Below, piece after piece: positions 1 to 7,899 of a stretch of DNA of 64,000 nt. The translations under genes were made by a program, and so were the position numbers. The DNA is from a virus. The notes below the pieces were generated by a model. That model was not told the origin of the DNA, made no database searches, and saw only the letters and a list, made by a program, of their open reading frames with translations. The stretch lies in the IMG/VR virus record IMGVR_UViG_3300022752_000019, positions 1 to 64,000 of that record, one strand, 5' to 3'. Each line of letters opens with the position of its first letter. Positions within the stretch are counted from its first letter, which is position 1.

Positions 1-623
1 ATCAGGCGGAAGCCTGGCGCATCTTAGAGGAGTTCACACAAGTCTGTGGCGGTGTGTACTACGGCCCGAACTTCGCGTTCATCGCCGACCGGCCCTCGCG
101 CCTGCACCTCCTCGACGCGGGCACTTCCCACGTCCTCCACAACCCGGACGGGCCCGCGATCGCGTGGGGCCGAGACGAGAACGGCGAGTACGACCCGAAT
201 CACCCGCTCGGGACGAGCCTCTATTACTGGGAGGGACTTCAGGTCCCTGCCGATTGGATCATGAACAAGCCCACCACGCCGGAGCAGGTGCGGAAGCGGG
301 CCCTCGAGGTCCTGAACAACAACAACGCCGACCGCCGCACCGCCGGGTGCGAAATCCTGGGGTGGGACGCCGTCCTCGGGGCGCTCGACCCCCGAGTCAT
401 CGACGAGCACCCGGACCCCAAGTTCGGGAAGCTGGTCGAGGTCGCCTTCCCGGTGGGCAACGGTTCACGGACCGCCCCCGCTCGGTTCCTCATCGCCCAG
501 TGCGGCACCGGCCGCACGATCGCACTCCCGGCCATGCCGGAAGCGCAGACGGCGGTGGAGGCGGGGGCCATGTCCTATGACATCCCGGTCGAGGAGTACG
601 AGGGCCTCGGGTACCGCTCCTGA
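1..623 (+). CDS. DUF6745-like protein (5' truncated by window edge)
   Basis: Frame open from position 3; RPSRLHLL..LHNPDGPAIAW..LYYWEGLQVP and C-terminal CGTGRTIALP pattern recalled for DUF6745. Confidence 0.7.
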   Translation, partial: QAEAWRILEEFTQVCGGVYYGPNFAFIADRPSRLHLLDAGTSHVLHNPDGPAIAWGRDENGEYDPNHPLGTSLYYWEGLQVPADWIMNKPTTPEQVRKRALEVLNNNNADRRTAGCEILGWDAVLGALDPRVIDEHPDPKFGKLVEVAFPVGNGSRTAPARFLIAQCGTGRTIALPAMPEAQTAVEAGAMSYDIPVEEYEGLGYRS

Positions 624-685
624 TTCGATAGATGCCCGGAGGCGCATGCCTCCGGGCGTATTCCCCCACTCCAACGAGAAGTGCC

Positions 686-1093
686 ATGACTGCCACCGAG
701 AACTACACCCAGAACCCCGCGTACGGTCATCTTCTGAACCGGCGCCCCACCTCGCAAGGTGACATCCTCATCCGATACCGGAGCGGGAAGGTTCCCGGCA
801 GCTTCAAGCCGGTCGCCCACACCAACTCGGGGGAGATGGTCGTCGCTCCGTCCGACAACCCCCACATCGCGGTGTTCTCCCCGGACGCCGACGTGACGTT
901 CCTGCGCCAGGACGGCAATCCCCGCATGACCCTCCTCGTGAACTCGGTTCCCGTGGAGATCCGTCATGTGCGGGCCCTGAAGCCCCACGAGTCGCATGTG
1001 ATCCCGGAGGTCACCGACGGCGAAGGATACTGGGAGATCCGACGGCAGCTGAAGCCGCAGCCCGGCGGCGGACGGACCCTGAACCAGGACTGA
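686..1093 (+). CDS. conserved partner of DUF6745 genes
   Basis: QGDILI..H..HESHVIP..GYWEIRRQ pattern matches the small gene usually adjacent to DUF6745. Confidence 0.6.
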   Translation: MTATENYTQNPAYGHLLNRRPTSQGDILIRYRSGKVPGSFKPVAHTNSGEMVVAPSDNPHIAVFSPDADVTFLRQDGNPRMTLLVNSVPVEIRHVRALKPHESHVIPEVTDGEGYWEIRRQLKPQPGGGRTLNQD

Positions 1094-1104
1094 TCCCTCC
1101 CATT

Positions 1105-1145
1105 GCCGCGCAGGCCCCTTCGGGGGCCTGCGCGGCTTTCTTTTT
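1105..1145 (+). terminator. intrinsic terminator
   Basis: 14-bp stem GCCGCGCAGGCCCC-TTCG-GGGGCCTGCGCGGC followed by T-tract. Confidence 0.9.
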
Positions 1146-1187
1146 ACGACGTACAAGGCTGGCGGGCTATCCCAGCCGGAGTGCCAC

Positions 1188-1466
1188 ATGCTCAATGACA
1201 GCCCTTGCACCATGCGCGTGCGCTTCTGGTGGTTCGTAGAATTCACCGTACAGGACGCCGTTCAAAGCGCCATGAGGTCGGCCCACCCAATCTCTCCCGT
1301 ATGGGTAGACACCGGGTACGGCATAGCCGATAGAGTGCACGACGCCGTGGGTGCTGCCCTGTGTTGGGGCGAAGAACGGGCCATGCGCAAATCAGACCAT
1401 CCGAGCCTCGATCGGTTCATCGACGAAATCGAACAGAAATGGAGTGCAGCATGCACAACCCGATGA
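1188..1466 (+). CDS. array paralogue 1
   Basis: GGAG RBS; ends HPSLDRFIDEIEQKW. Confidence 0.75.
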   Translation: MLNDSPCTMRVRFWWFVEFTVQDAVQSAMRSAHPISPVWVDTGYGIADRVHDAVGAALCWGEERAMRKSDHPSLDRFIDEIEQKWSAACTTR

Positions 1467-1705
1467 GCCCTTCGGGCATGGAGCGAGGTGTGAACGATAC
1501 CGTGTACGTGGCCGTGCACGCGGCCATGTACGATGCCGTGGGCTGGGCCGTGCACAATGTCACGCGCGACTCCGTGAACTTGCCCGTGCACGATGTCGTG
1601 GGCTGGTCCGTGTTCTATGCCGCGTTCTATGACGCGCACAAATCGGACCACACGGTCATTGACAAATTCGTCGAAGAAACCGAGCAGAATTGGAGTGCGA
1701 CATGA
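1451..1705 (+). CDS. array paralogue 2
   Basis: ATG after GGAG; ends HTVIDKFVEETEQNW. Confidence 0.8.
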   Translation: MHNPMSPSGMERGVNDTVYVAVHAAMYDAVGWAVHNVTRDSVNLPVHDVVGWSVFYAAFYDAHKSDHTVIDKFVEETEQNWSAT

Positions 1706-1959
1706 ACAGCCTGATGAGCCCTTCGGACATACAGTGGCTCGTGTACGTGTGGATGCAAGATGCCACGTACTACGTCACTTGCTACGCCGCGTACGAGGAC
1801 GTGTACGATGTCGTGTACGAGGACGTGGCCCGTGCCGTGCAGCGGGCCGTGCACGATGCTGCGCACGATGCCCTGTGGCAAGTCCTCCGAAATCATCTTC
1901 TGCACCCCAATATCGACAAATTCATCGAAGAAACCGAACAGAATTGGAGTGTTGCATGA
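1702..1959 (+). CDS. array paralogue 3
   Basis: ATGA overlap; ends HPNIDKFIEETEQNW. Confidence 0.85.
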   Translation: MNSLMSPSDIQWLVYVWMQDATYYVTCYAAYEDVYDVVYEDVARAVQRAVHDAAHDALWQVLRNHLLHPNIDKFIEETEQNWSVA

Positions 1960-2213
1960 ACCACGATCCGAGTCCCAAGTCCGTGCGCTTGGGCGTGAAC
2001 GACGCCGTGTACATTGTCGTGCGAGATGCCGTGAGCAAAGTCGCGAACTGGGACGTGTTCGACGCCATATGGGATGCTATGCACGATGTCGTGGACCGGA
2101 CCGCGTGCCGTGTCATGTACGTGGCCGTGCACGATGCCGTCATTGTCAGTTCTCCACATACGAACCTTGACAAATTCGTCAACGAAACCGAGCAGAGATG
2201 GAGTGTCACATGA
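1956..2213 (+). CDS. array paralogue 4
   Basis: ATGA overlap; ends HTNLDKFVNETEQRW. Confidence 0.85.
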   Translation: MNHDPSPKSVRLGVNDAVYIVVRDAVSKVANWDVFDAIWDAMHDVVDRTACRVMYVAVHDAVIVSSPHTNLDKFVNETEQRWSVT

Positions 2214-2446
2214 ACAGCCTGATGAGCCCTTCAAAAATAAGATGGGCCGTGCAGGAGGTCCTGTACGAGCGCGTTAACTATGCCGTATGGCGGGCCGTGC
2301 ACGATGCCGTGTACGATGCCATGTGCCGTGCCGTGTACGAGACCATGAGCTGGGCCGTGTTGGGCGTCGTTCGGGTCAACGAGACTCTGCACCCCAATGT
2401 CGACAAATTCATCAACGAAACCGAACAGAACTGGGATGTAGCATGA
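2210..2446 (+). CDS. array paralogue 5
   Basis: ATGA overlap; ends HPNVDKFINETEQNW. Confidence 0.85.
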   Translation: MNSLMSPSKIRWAVQEVLYERVNYAVWRAVHDAVYDAMCRAVYETMSWAVLGVVRVNETLHPNVDKFINETEQNWDVA

Positions 2447-2676
2447 ACAACATGCTGAGCCCCAAGGCCATGCACTTGGCCGTGTCCGGGACCGTGTACT
2501 GGGCCGTGTACTGGGCCGTAGACGTGGCCGTGGGCTGGGCCGTGGAAGGAGCCTTGCGGCGGAACGTGTCCAGGACCGTGTACTGGGTCGTGTCCGAGGC
2601 CGTCCGTGTCAGCCCCACACACCCGAACCTTGACAAGTTCATCAACGAAGTCGAACAAAAATGGGGTGTTGGATGA
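2443..2676 (+). CDS. array paralogue 6
   Basis: ATGA overlap; ends HPNLDKFINEVEQKW. Confidence 0.85.
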   Translation: MNNMLSPKAMHLAVSGTVYWAVYWAVDVAVGWAVEGALRRNVSRTVYWVVSEAVRVSPTHPNLDKFINEVEQKWGVG

Positions 2677-2924
2677 AAACGCTGAGTCCCAGATCCATGT
2701 TCGACAACATATACGAGGCGCTACGAGGCCCATTGCACACGGCCATGTCGGAGGCTGTAAGCGACTTCGTGGGTGGCCAAGTGGGGATTGGTGTAGTCTG
2801 GGAGGTGTCTACCATACACGAAGACATGCACTTGGCCGTGTTGTGGGATGCTCAGAAGGATTCCTGTCACCACAATCTCGACCAATTCATCAAGAACGTG
2901 CATACGACCTGGGGAACGAGATGA
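2673..2924 (+). CDS. array paralogue 7 (diverged)
   Basis: ATGA overlap; ends HHNLDQFIKNVHTTW. Confidence 0.8.
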   Translation: MKTLSPRSMFDNIYEALRGPLHTAMSEAVSDFVGGQVGIGVVWEVSTIHEDMHLAVLWDAQKDSCHHNLDQFIKNVHTTWGTR

Positions 2925-3142
2925 TTAAGGACCCACGTCACCTACGCGAATCCGTGGACGATGCCATACGTTCATCCGTGAACTACGCCGTGAACGCATC
3001 CGTGAGTTGGCCCGTGAATGTGAAGGTGCAGCAAGTTGTCTACCGGCGGTTCGTAAACGACATGTTCCTGTTCTCCACATATGCAGTCCATCCCGGCCTC
3101 GACAAGTTCGTGGCGGAGATCGAACTGACTTTCCTGGAGTGA
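2921..3142 (+). CDS. array paralogue 8 (diverged)
   Basis: ATGA overlap; ends HPGLDKFVAEIE. Confidence 0.8.
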   Translation: MIKDPRHLRESVDDAIRSSVNYAVNASVSWPVNVKVQQVVYRRFVNDMFLFSTYAVHPGLDKFVAEIELTFLE

Positions 3143-3145
3143 GGC

Positions 3146-3514
3146 ATGACGAACCAAGATCTGATCGAAGCCTTCCTCCCCGACGGGAGAAAAGTCGTCA
3201 ACCTGTATTCTCTCGTCCTTGGCGGAGCGCCGCTGGAGTCCTTTGTGGGCAAGACCTGCCACATCCCCGGCTTTCAGGTGGGGACCCCTCCTGGTAGCGT
3301 GGGCGTAGCTTGGACCGTCGGACAAATTCGAGACTTGGAAATCAAGACGCTCGGGAAGCCGTTCGATGACGAGTACGACCCGGCCGAGGCGGACCATCCA
3401 CATTTCCATTCTGGCGAGATCAACGGGCTCGAGTTCTGCGAGGACCTGCGCTACCCCAGGGTGCATGGCGAGGGCTTCGACAAGGCAATCGTCTTTGTGT
3501 GGGTGGAATCTTGA
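3146..3514 (+). CDS. hypothetical protein
   Basis: 122 aa ORF, GGAG RBS, in operon. Confidence 0.7.
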   Translation: MTNQDLIEAFLPDGRKVVNLYSLVLGGAPLESFVGKTCHIPGFQVGTPPGSVGVAWTVGQIRDLEIKTLGKPFDDEYDPAEADHPHFHSGEINGLEFCEDLRYPRVHGEGFDKAIVFVWVES

Positions 3515-3594
3515 GTGTGGGTGATGCCGCGTGTCCCGACTGCGGACACGCGCACCCAGGGCTTGATAAGTTCATCAGCGATCTTCAGATTTGA
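3511..3594 (+). CDS. 27 aa peptide MSVGDAACPDCGHAHPGLDKFISDLQI (minimal array member)
   Basis: TTGA overlap with upstream stop; carries HPGLDKFI motif and CxxC; followed by terminator. Confidence 0.5.
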   Translation: MSVGDAACPDCGHAHPGLDKFISDLQI

Positions 3595-3607
3595 GTAACT
3601 TCGAGAT

Positions 3608-3640
3608 GAGACGCCGGCGCTTTGCGCCGGCGTCTCTTTT
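3608..3640 (+). terminator. intrinsic terminator
   Basis: 13-bp perfect stem GAGACGCCGGCGC/GCGCCGGCGTCTC plus TTTT. Confidence 0.85.
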
Positions 3641-3645
3641 CTCAG

Positions 3646-3672
3646 TAAATTAGCTGGATATTTGCGACATAA
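3646..3672 (+). promoter_or_regulatory. putative phage promoter (TAAATT-N14-GACATAA)
   Basis: Instance of recurring intergenic motif; 28 nt before ATG 3701. Confidence 0.55.
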
Positions 3673-3700
3673 CAAGATCAGCACCCTTACTGGAGGTAGT

Positions 3701-4147
3701 ATGAAGATTCCTTCCTGGGTCGATGACTCGTACCACGTCGACCCGAACAACTTGTCGGTCGTTCGCTCCCATAATTCGGACAAGACGGACCTCTGGTCTG
3801 AGAAAGTCTACGTTCTCGACCATTCCATTCAGGAGATCCTGTTCAGAGGATCGATCGTGGAGGCGTACGACGCCATCTGCGGGTTCTGTACGAGGCGCGA
3901 CCTCGAACACCTGTTTGGGATGGACCTCCCGGACATCGAGCGCCGTTCACTGCTCAGCCCTCCGGAAGATGAGGAGGATTACCTCGATTACTTTGGAGGA
4001 CTCCCGGAGGAAGACTCAAAGGCCAAGAGTGGCAAGGGGGAGAAGTACAGCGTCTGCGGTACTTGTAGGGCCATTCTGGACGATGAAGAGTGCTGGAACT
4101 GCTCGGACATGGATCCCATTCTTCGCAATCCCTCGCATCAGGAGTGA
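3701..4147 (+). CDS. hypothetical protein with C-terminal Zn ribbon
   Basis: GGAGG RBS; CGTC..CWNC. Confidence 0.7.
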   Translation: MKIPSWVDDSYHVDPNNLSVVRSHNSDKTDLWSEKVYVLDHSIQEILFRGSIVEAYDAICGFCTRRDLEHLFGMDLPDIERRSLLSPPEDEEDYLDYFGGLPEEDSKAKSGKGEKYSVCGTCRAILDDEECWNCSDMDPILRNPSHQE

Positions 4148-4329
4148 CCGTGCGCCCTGCTTTCTACGTCCACGACGAGGGCGGCATCACCGCCATGAAC
4201 TACGAGTTGGGATGGATTGCCCGAGAGCCCTCCCGCGACGCCGCCGCCGACGCCGCCGCCGCCGCCTACGCCGCCGAGCGCGCCGCCCAACGTGCAGACC
4301 TGCTGGCGGCTCTGGAGGTGGCGCCGTGA
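4144..4329 (+). CDS. small Ala-rich protein, possibly chimeric
   Basis: GTGA overlap; C-terminus duplicates that of the next gene. Confidence 0.5.
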   Translation: MTVRPAFYVHDEGGITAMNYELGWIAREPSRDAAADAAAAAYAAERAAQRADLLAALEVAP

Positions 4330-4799
4330 CCCCCCGCCTCACCCTCTCCATCCGCGACCTTCGCCGCGCCAGCGCCTGCGACCTCGACGCGCGCATCGCG
4401 GACCTCCGGGCCGTCCTGCCCGACGTGGCCGACACCGACGCCGTGGACGTGCGCGTCTGGTGGTCGCTGCCCTCGACATCGACGGCCGATGCCATCTGGA
4501 GCCTCCGGGCTGCACGGCCCCGCGCTCGCGCCGCCGCCGTGGCGGTGCTGGTAGCGCAGTGCGCGGCGACGAGGGCGGAGGGCTACGCCCGCGCCGACGC
4601 CGCCGCCGCCGCCGTCGCCGCCGCAGCCCGCGCCGCCCGCGCCGCAGCCCGCGCCGCAGCCCGCGCCGCCGCCGCCGACGCCGCCTACGCCGCCGCCTGG
4701 GCCGCCTACGACGCCGCCGACGCCGCCGCCGCCGCCTACGCCGCCGAGCGCGCCGCCCAGATGGCGGACCTCCTCGCTGCTCTGGAGATCGCACCATGA
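4326..4799 (+). CDS. Ala-rich phage protein
   Basis: GTGA overlap; low-complexity AAAR/AAAY tract ending AAERAAQMADLL. Confidence 0.65.
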   Translation: MTPRLTLSIRDLRRASACDLDARIADLRAVLPDVADTDAVDVRVWWSLPSTSTADAIWSLRAARPRARAAAVAVLVAQCAATRAEGYARADAAAAAVAAAARAARAAARAAARAAAADAAYAAAWAAYDAADAAAAAYAAERAAQMADLLAALEIAP

Positions 4800-5485
4800 C
4801 CATCCGCATCACCTACACCCTCGCCCCCGGCGCCCACGCGCCGACCCGCGCAACCGCCGGCGCCGCCGGCATGGACCTCCACGCGTACCTCCCGGACGGC
4901 GCCAGCATCCGCATCCCGCCCGGGGAGTGGCGGCGCATTCGCACCGGAGTTTACCTCGCCCTGCCGCCCGGCTTCGAGGGGCAGATTCGCCCCCGGTCGG
5001 GGCTCGCCTGGAAACGGGGGATCACCGTCCTGAACAGCCCGGGCACCATCGACTCGGACTACCGCGGGGAGCTGGGGGTCATCCTCATCAACCACGGCGT
5101 TGCACACGACTTCGTTCACGACGGCGACCGCATCGCGCAGCTCGTGGTTTGCCCCGTGCCGGCGGTGCAGATGGTCCCGGCCAACTCCCTGCCCGCCACC
5201 GCGCGCGGGGCCGGCGGCTTCGGCAGCACGGGGACGGGGCCGGTGGACAGCGACGACCGCGCCCGGCTCGAAGCCCGCGTGCGCGCCCTCGAAGCGGAGT
5301 GCGCGGAGGCCCGCGCCGAGGCCGCACAGTGGGCCGCGAAGCTCGACGAGGAGCGCGCCGCCGTGGTGGCCTACCTGCGCAAATCTGCCGCCGTCGCCGA
5401 CGAGTTCGGCGCCGTGCCCTTCGCCATCGCCGAGGAAGCCGAGGCCATCGAGCGCGGCGAGCACCGCGCCGTGGGTGCCCGATGA
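4796..5485 (+). CDS. dut: trimeric dUTPase with about 80 aa C-terminal extension
   Basis: All five motifs: AGMDL, PRSGLA, GTIDSDYRGE, GDRIAQL, RGAGGFGSTG. Confidence 0.95.
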   Translation: MTIRITYTLAPGAHAPTRATAGAAGMDLHAYLPDGASIRIPPGEWRRIRTGVYLALPPGFEGQIRPRSGLAWKRGITVLNSPGTIDSDYRGELGVILINHGVAHDFVHDGDRIAQLVVCPVPAVQMVPANSLPATARGAGGFGSTGTGPVDSDDRARLEARVRALEAECAEARAEAAQWAAKLDEERAAVVAYLRKSAAVADEFGAVPFAIAEEAEAIERGEHRAVGAR

Positions 5486-5534
5486 CGCCGCCCTGCCTCG
5501 CCCCGCCCGACCTGCGCTCACAGTAGGAGGTCGT

Positions 5535-6200
5535 ATGCGACCAAACGGCCGCACCATTCGCAAGGTGCTCATGAAGAGCCGGAGGCTCCATTTGTGCGGG
5601 CCCCGGTCCTACATTCAAGTTCGCCTACCCATGTCTGTATTTCCTGTTCCGCCTCCGTCCCAGGAATACTCCCGTAAGTGGGGCCTCGAAAGCTTCAATG
5701 GGTTCTGGAAGAGGGAACTCGATAATGGCACCATTGAGTACCGCCACATCAGCAAGGTATCTTCTTCCGCGCCTCCCACGGCCGATGACGGCCGTTTCCA
5801 CTTCCTGGAAGAAGTAAATGAGCCTGGAGGTTCCAGATACGTCTGGTGGGAAGGAAAGTTTGCCGTCTATTCCAAGGGTGAGAAGCTCACGCGCACCGAC
5901 CTTCCCATAGAGGACATTGCGGCCCATCGGGCATGGTCGATCTGGAAGGAGGCCCATCTGTACGGATTCTTTCCGGAAAGCCGCGGTCCCGTCATGCGAG
6001 GGTTTCTGGAGACCGCGGACTTCGCCACGACTCATTTCGGCACGATCAGTGACCAGACAGACCTGTCCAGGTGCTACGCCTATCTGACGTACACGGTAAA
6101 GTGGTACGAGCGCGAGACCTTCCAGCAGTTCATTGCGAGCCTGAAACGCACGTTTCGTGTTGCGGACAAACATGGCGTGGATGCGCGCCTGATGCGGTAG
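5535..6200 (+). CDS. hypothetical protein
   Basis: AGGAGG RBS, 221 aa. Confidence 0.75.
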   Translation: MRPNGRTIRKVLMKSRRLHLCGPRSYIQVRLPMSVFPVPPPSQEYSRKWGLESFNGFWKRELDNGTIEYRHISKVSSSAPPTADDGRFHFLEEVNEPGGSRYVWWEGKFAVYSKGEKLTRTDLPIEDIAAHRAWSIWKEAHLYGFFPESRGPVMRGFLETADFATTHFGTISDQTDLSRCYAYLTYTVKWYERETFQQFIASLKRTFRVADKHGVDARLMR

Positions 6201-6221
6201 TGACAACTTTAGGAGAGCCCA

Positions 6222-6560
6222 ATGAAGATGGTTCAGTGCACGATTAGCTTCGAAAAAGTGATGGACGTAACAGCATACTTTCCGGAGGGAACGTCCGCGT
6301 CAGAGATCGAGCGGATTGCCCGCGCGGTTGCGGACGGTTCGATCAAAGAGTGGGACGAGCCAGACTGGGAAACCCACTGTAGTTTCGTCAAGACGGTGGA
6401 CATTCCGGACGACGAACTCCAGCCAGATCCTCCCAATCGGTTCGGATATCGCAAGCCGCCCAAGATCTTCACTGACGGGGACACCGTTACCGTAGACGAT
6501 GACGGTGAGGATCTGGTGGATCCATCGGACGCCACCTGGTGGATTCCCAGCGACACCTGA
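6222..6560 (+). CDS. hypothetical acidic protein
   Basis: AGGAG RBS, 112 aa. Confidence 0.75.
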   Translation: MKMVQCTISFEKVMDVTAYFPEGTSASEIERIARAVADGSIKEWDEPDWETHCSFVKTVDIPDDELQPDPPNRFGYRKPPKIFTDGDTVTVDDDGEDLVDPSDATWWIPSDT

Positions 6561-6566
6561 CGACAT

Positions 6567-6593
6567 TAAAAACAGACCGTAAGCAGGTCATAG
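6567..6593 (+). promoter_or_regulatory. putative phage promoter variant (TAAAAA-N14-GTCATAG)
   Basis: One mismatch to recurring motif; intergenic before 6611. Confidence 0.4.
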
Positions 6594-6610
6594 TATTGAT
6601 GGAGGTGTAG

Positions 6611-7000
6611 ATGAGTAAGTTGTCGAGATTCGCCGACAAAGTCGCTGCGGAGTTCCAGCTCCTGGACTCCGTGGGGACGAAGATCCCCGAAGCATCCGCC
6701 CACCGGCTCGCCGCCGCCTTCCTGCGTGACGCGAGTTACGCGTGGGAGTGGCAGAGAAAAGAACGACTCACCCGGCTCCAGGAGGAACTCGAGTTCTGGG
6801 TAGGAGTATGGGCACAGGATGGGGACCACGCTGACGCCCTCCAGAGGTACGAGACCCTGCTCAAGCAGGCTCGCGGCGGGGAGACCTTCGAGGTTCTCTT
6901 CGCCCGATTGGGCGAGATCGCCCGCGAGCTCAAGGGCGAGTACCCGATTCCCGGGCAACTCGACCCGGACTCGCTGTACTGGACCGACCAGGCCGAGTAG
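6611..7000 (+). CDS. hypothetical protein
   Basis: GGAGG RBS, 129 aa. Confidence 0.75.
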   Translation: MSKLSRFADKVAAEFQLLDSVGTKIPEASAHRLAAAFLRDASYAWEWQRKERLTRLQEELEFWVGVWAQDGDHADALQRYETLLKQARGGETFEVLFARLGEIARELKGEYPIPGQLDPDSLYWTDQAE

Positions 7001-7035
7001 TCGGATAGAGAGGGCCTCCGAAAGGGGGCCCTCTC

Positions 7036-7152
7036 ATGTGTCTCGGGGAATGCTCAGACAGCACTGGAATTTTCATCATTGTGGTTGTTTTAATCATCCT
7101 TCACATTCTGGGCTTTGCAGTCCAGAAGGAGATGACTCGTGGGAAAGAGTGA
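7036..7152 (+). CDS. small membrane peptide (38 aa)
   Basis: MCLGECSDSTGIFIIVVVLIILHILGFAVQKEMTRGKE, one hydrophobic helix; below ORF-track cutoff. Confidence 0.4.
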   Translation: MCLGECSDSTGIFIIVVVLIILHILGFAVQKEMTRGKE

Positions 7153-7279
7153 GTCAGAAAAGTTGGCAGGCACCGTGAACGGTTGCCTACAGGCGGCCAT
7201 GTTGCTCCTCGTCCTCTTGGTCGGCGGATGCTTCATTGGCCCCTGCATGATTCCACTTCTTGCTGGAGCTGGAGGTTGA
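7139..7279 (+). CDS. small membrane peptide (46 aa)
   Basis: AAGGAG RBS, GTG start; AAMLLLVLLVGGCFIGPCMIPLL helix. Confidence 0.5.
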   Translation: MGKSESEKLAGTVNGCLQAAMLLLVLLVGGCFIGPCMIPLLAGAGG

Positions 7280-7280
7280 G

Positions 7281-7811
7281 ATGGATACGTTCAAGGCCAT
7301 GGTTGCCATGGCTCCCATCGTCTGCGAAGAGACGGGGAAGCCGCACACCCACACCACCGCGGTCGAGTGGTTCGAGACGATCGTCGCGCGCGCCAAGAGC
7401 ATCTGGGAAAAGGAGAAGGAGACCGCCACCCGGTTCCCCGGGATGATCTTCTTCCTTCTCCCCGGGGACTCCGGAGAGGTCATGGGCGTCCCCGAGGCCG
7501 TGTTCCCTCCGAACATGCGACAGGACATCGTCCGGTCGCTCTCGGTGGACCTCGGTCCGTGCTTCGTGATCTACGTGGCAGAGGTCACGTTCGCTGAGGG
7601 GTCGGAGCAGGACCTCCTGGCGGTCAATGGCCGCATCCAGGACATGGAGAGCGCGCGCCGCGCGCTCTACGTCTCGGTGGACGGTGCCGGCCTGAACCGG
7701 TGTCGCCTCTACCCCTTCGAGGGGACGGCGATCTCGGAGGAGTTCAAGGAGATGACGGTTCCCGAGACCTCGCCCGTCTTCAACCTCAGCGGACAGCTGG
7801 GGCTGAACTGA
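7281..7811 (+). CDS. hypothetical protein
   Basis: GGAGG RBS; strong GC3 codon bias. Confidence 0.75.
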   Translation: MDTFKAMVAMAPIVCEETGKPHTHTTAVEWFETIVARAKSIWEKEKETATRFPGMIFFLLPGDSGEVMGVPEAVFPPNMRQDIVRSLSVDLGPCFVIYVAEVTFAEGSEQDLLAVNGRIQDMESARRALYVSVDGAGLNRCRLYPFEGTAISEEFKEMTVPETSPVFNLSGQLGLN

Positions 7812-7817
7812 CGGCTC

Positions 7818-7852
7818 AACTGCCCTGTCCCTACGGGACACGGCAGTTTTTT
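7818..7852 (+). terminator. intrinsic terminator
   Basis: AACTGCCCTGTCCC/GGGACACGGCAGTT stem plus T-tract. Confidence 0.75.
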
Positions 7853-7877
7853 AAATTGTACTATTTCGATGACATAA
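7852..7877 (+). promoter_or_regulatory. putative phage promoter (TAAATT-N13-GACATAA)
   Basis: Recurring motif directly after terminator, before ATG 7900. Confidence 0.55.
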
Positions 7878-7899
7878 CCTCTTGACGGAGGTAGTATAG

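Larger units (their letters stand above)
1188..3142 (+). repeat. tandem array of 8 paralogous small genes (about 220-260 nt period)
   Basis: Each unit ends in a HPxLDKFIxExEQxW-like block; internal 12-bp subrepeats such as GCCGTG(C/T)ACGAT. Confidence 0.9.

Noticed and set aside
1188-3142. CRISPR array or DGR interpretation of the periodic repeats
   Set aside because: The period is about 240 nt and the repeats are degenerate and protein-coding with coupled starts and stops. Differences are not adenine-specific, and no cas or reverse transcriptase gene is in the window.
4187-4812. Poly-Arg ORFs on both strands
   Set aside because: They are alternative-frame readings of GCC repeats that encode Ala in the coupled + strand genes.
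6611-7000. KVAA near the N-terminus as evidence of head cargo
   Set aside because: A single motif in an early-region gene without leader or glycine zipper is compatible with chance.
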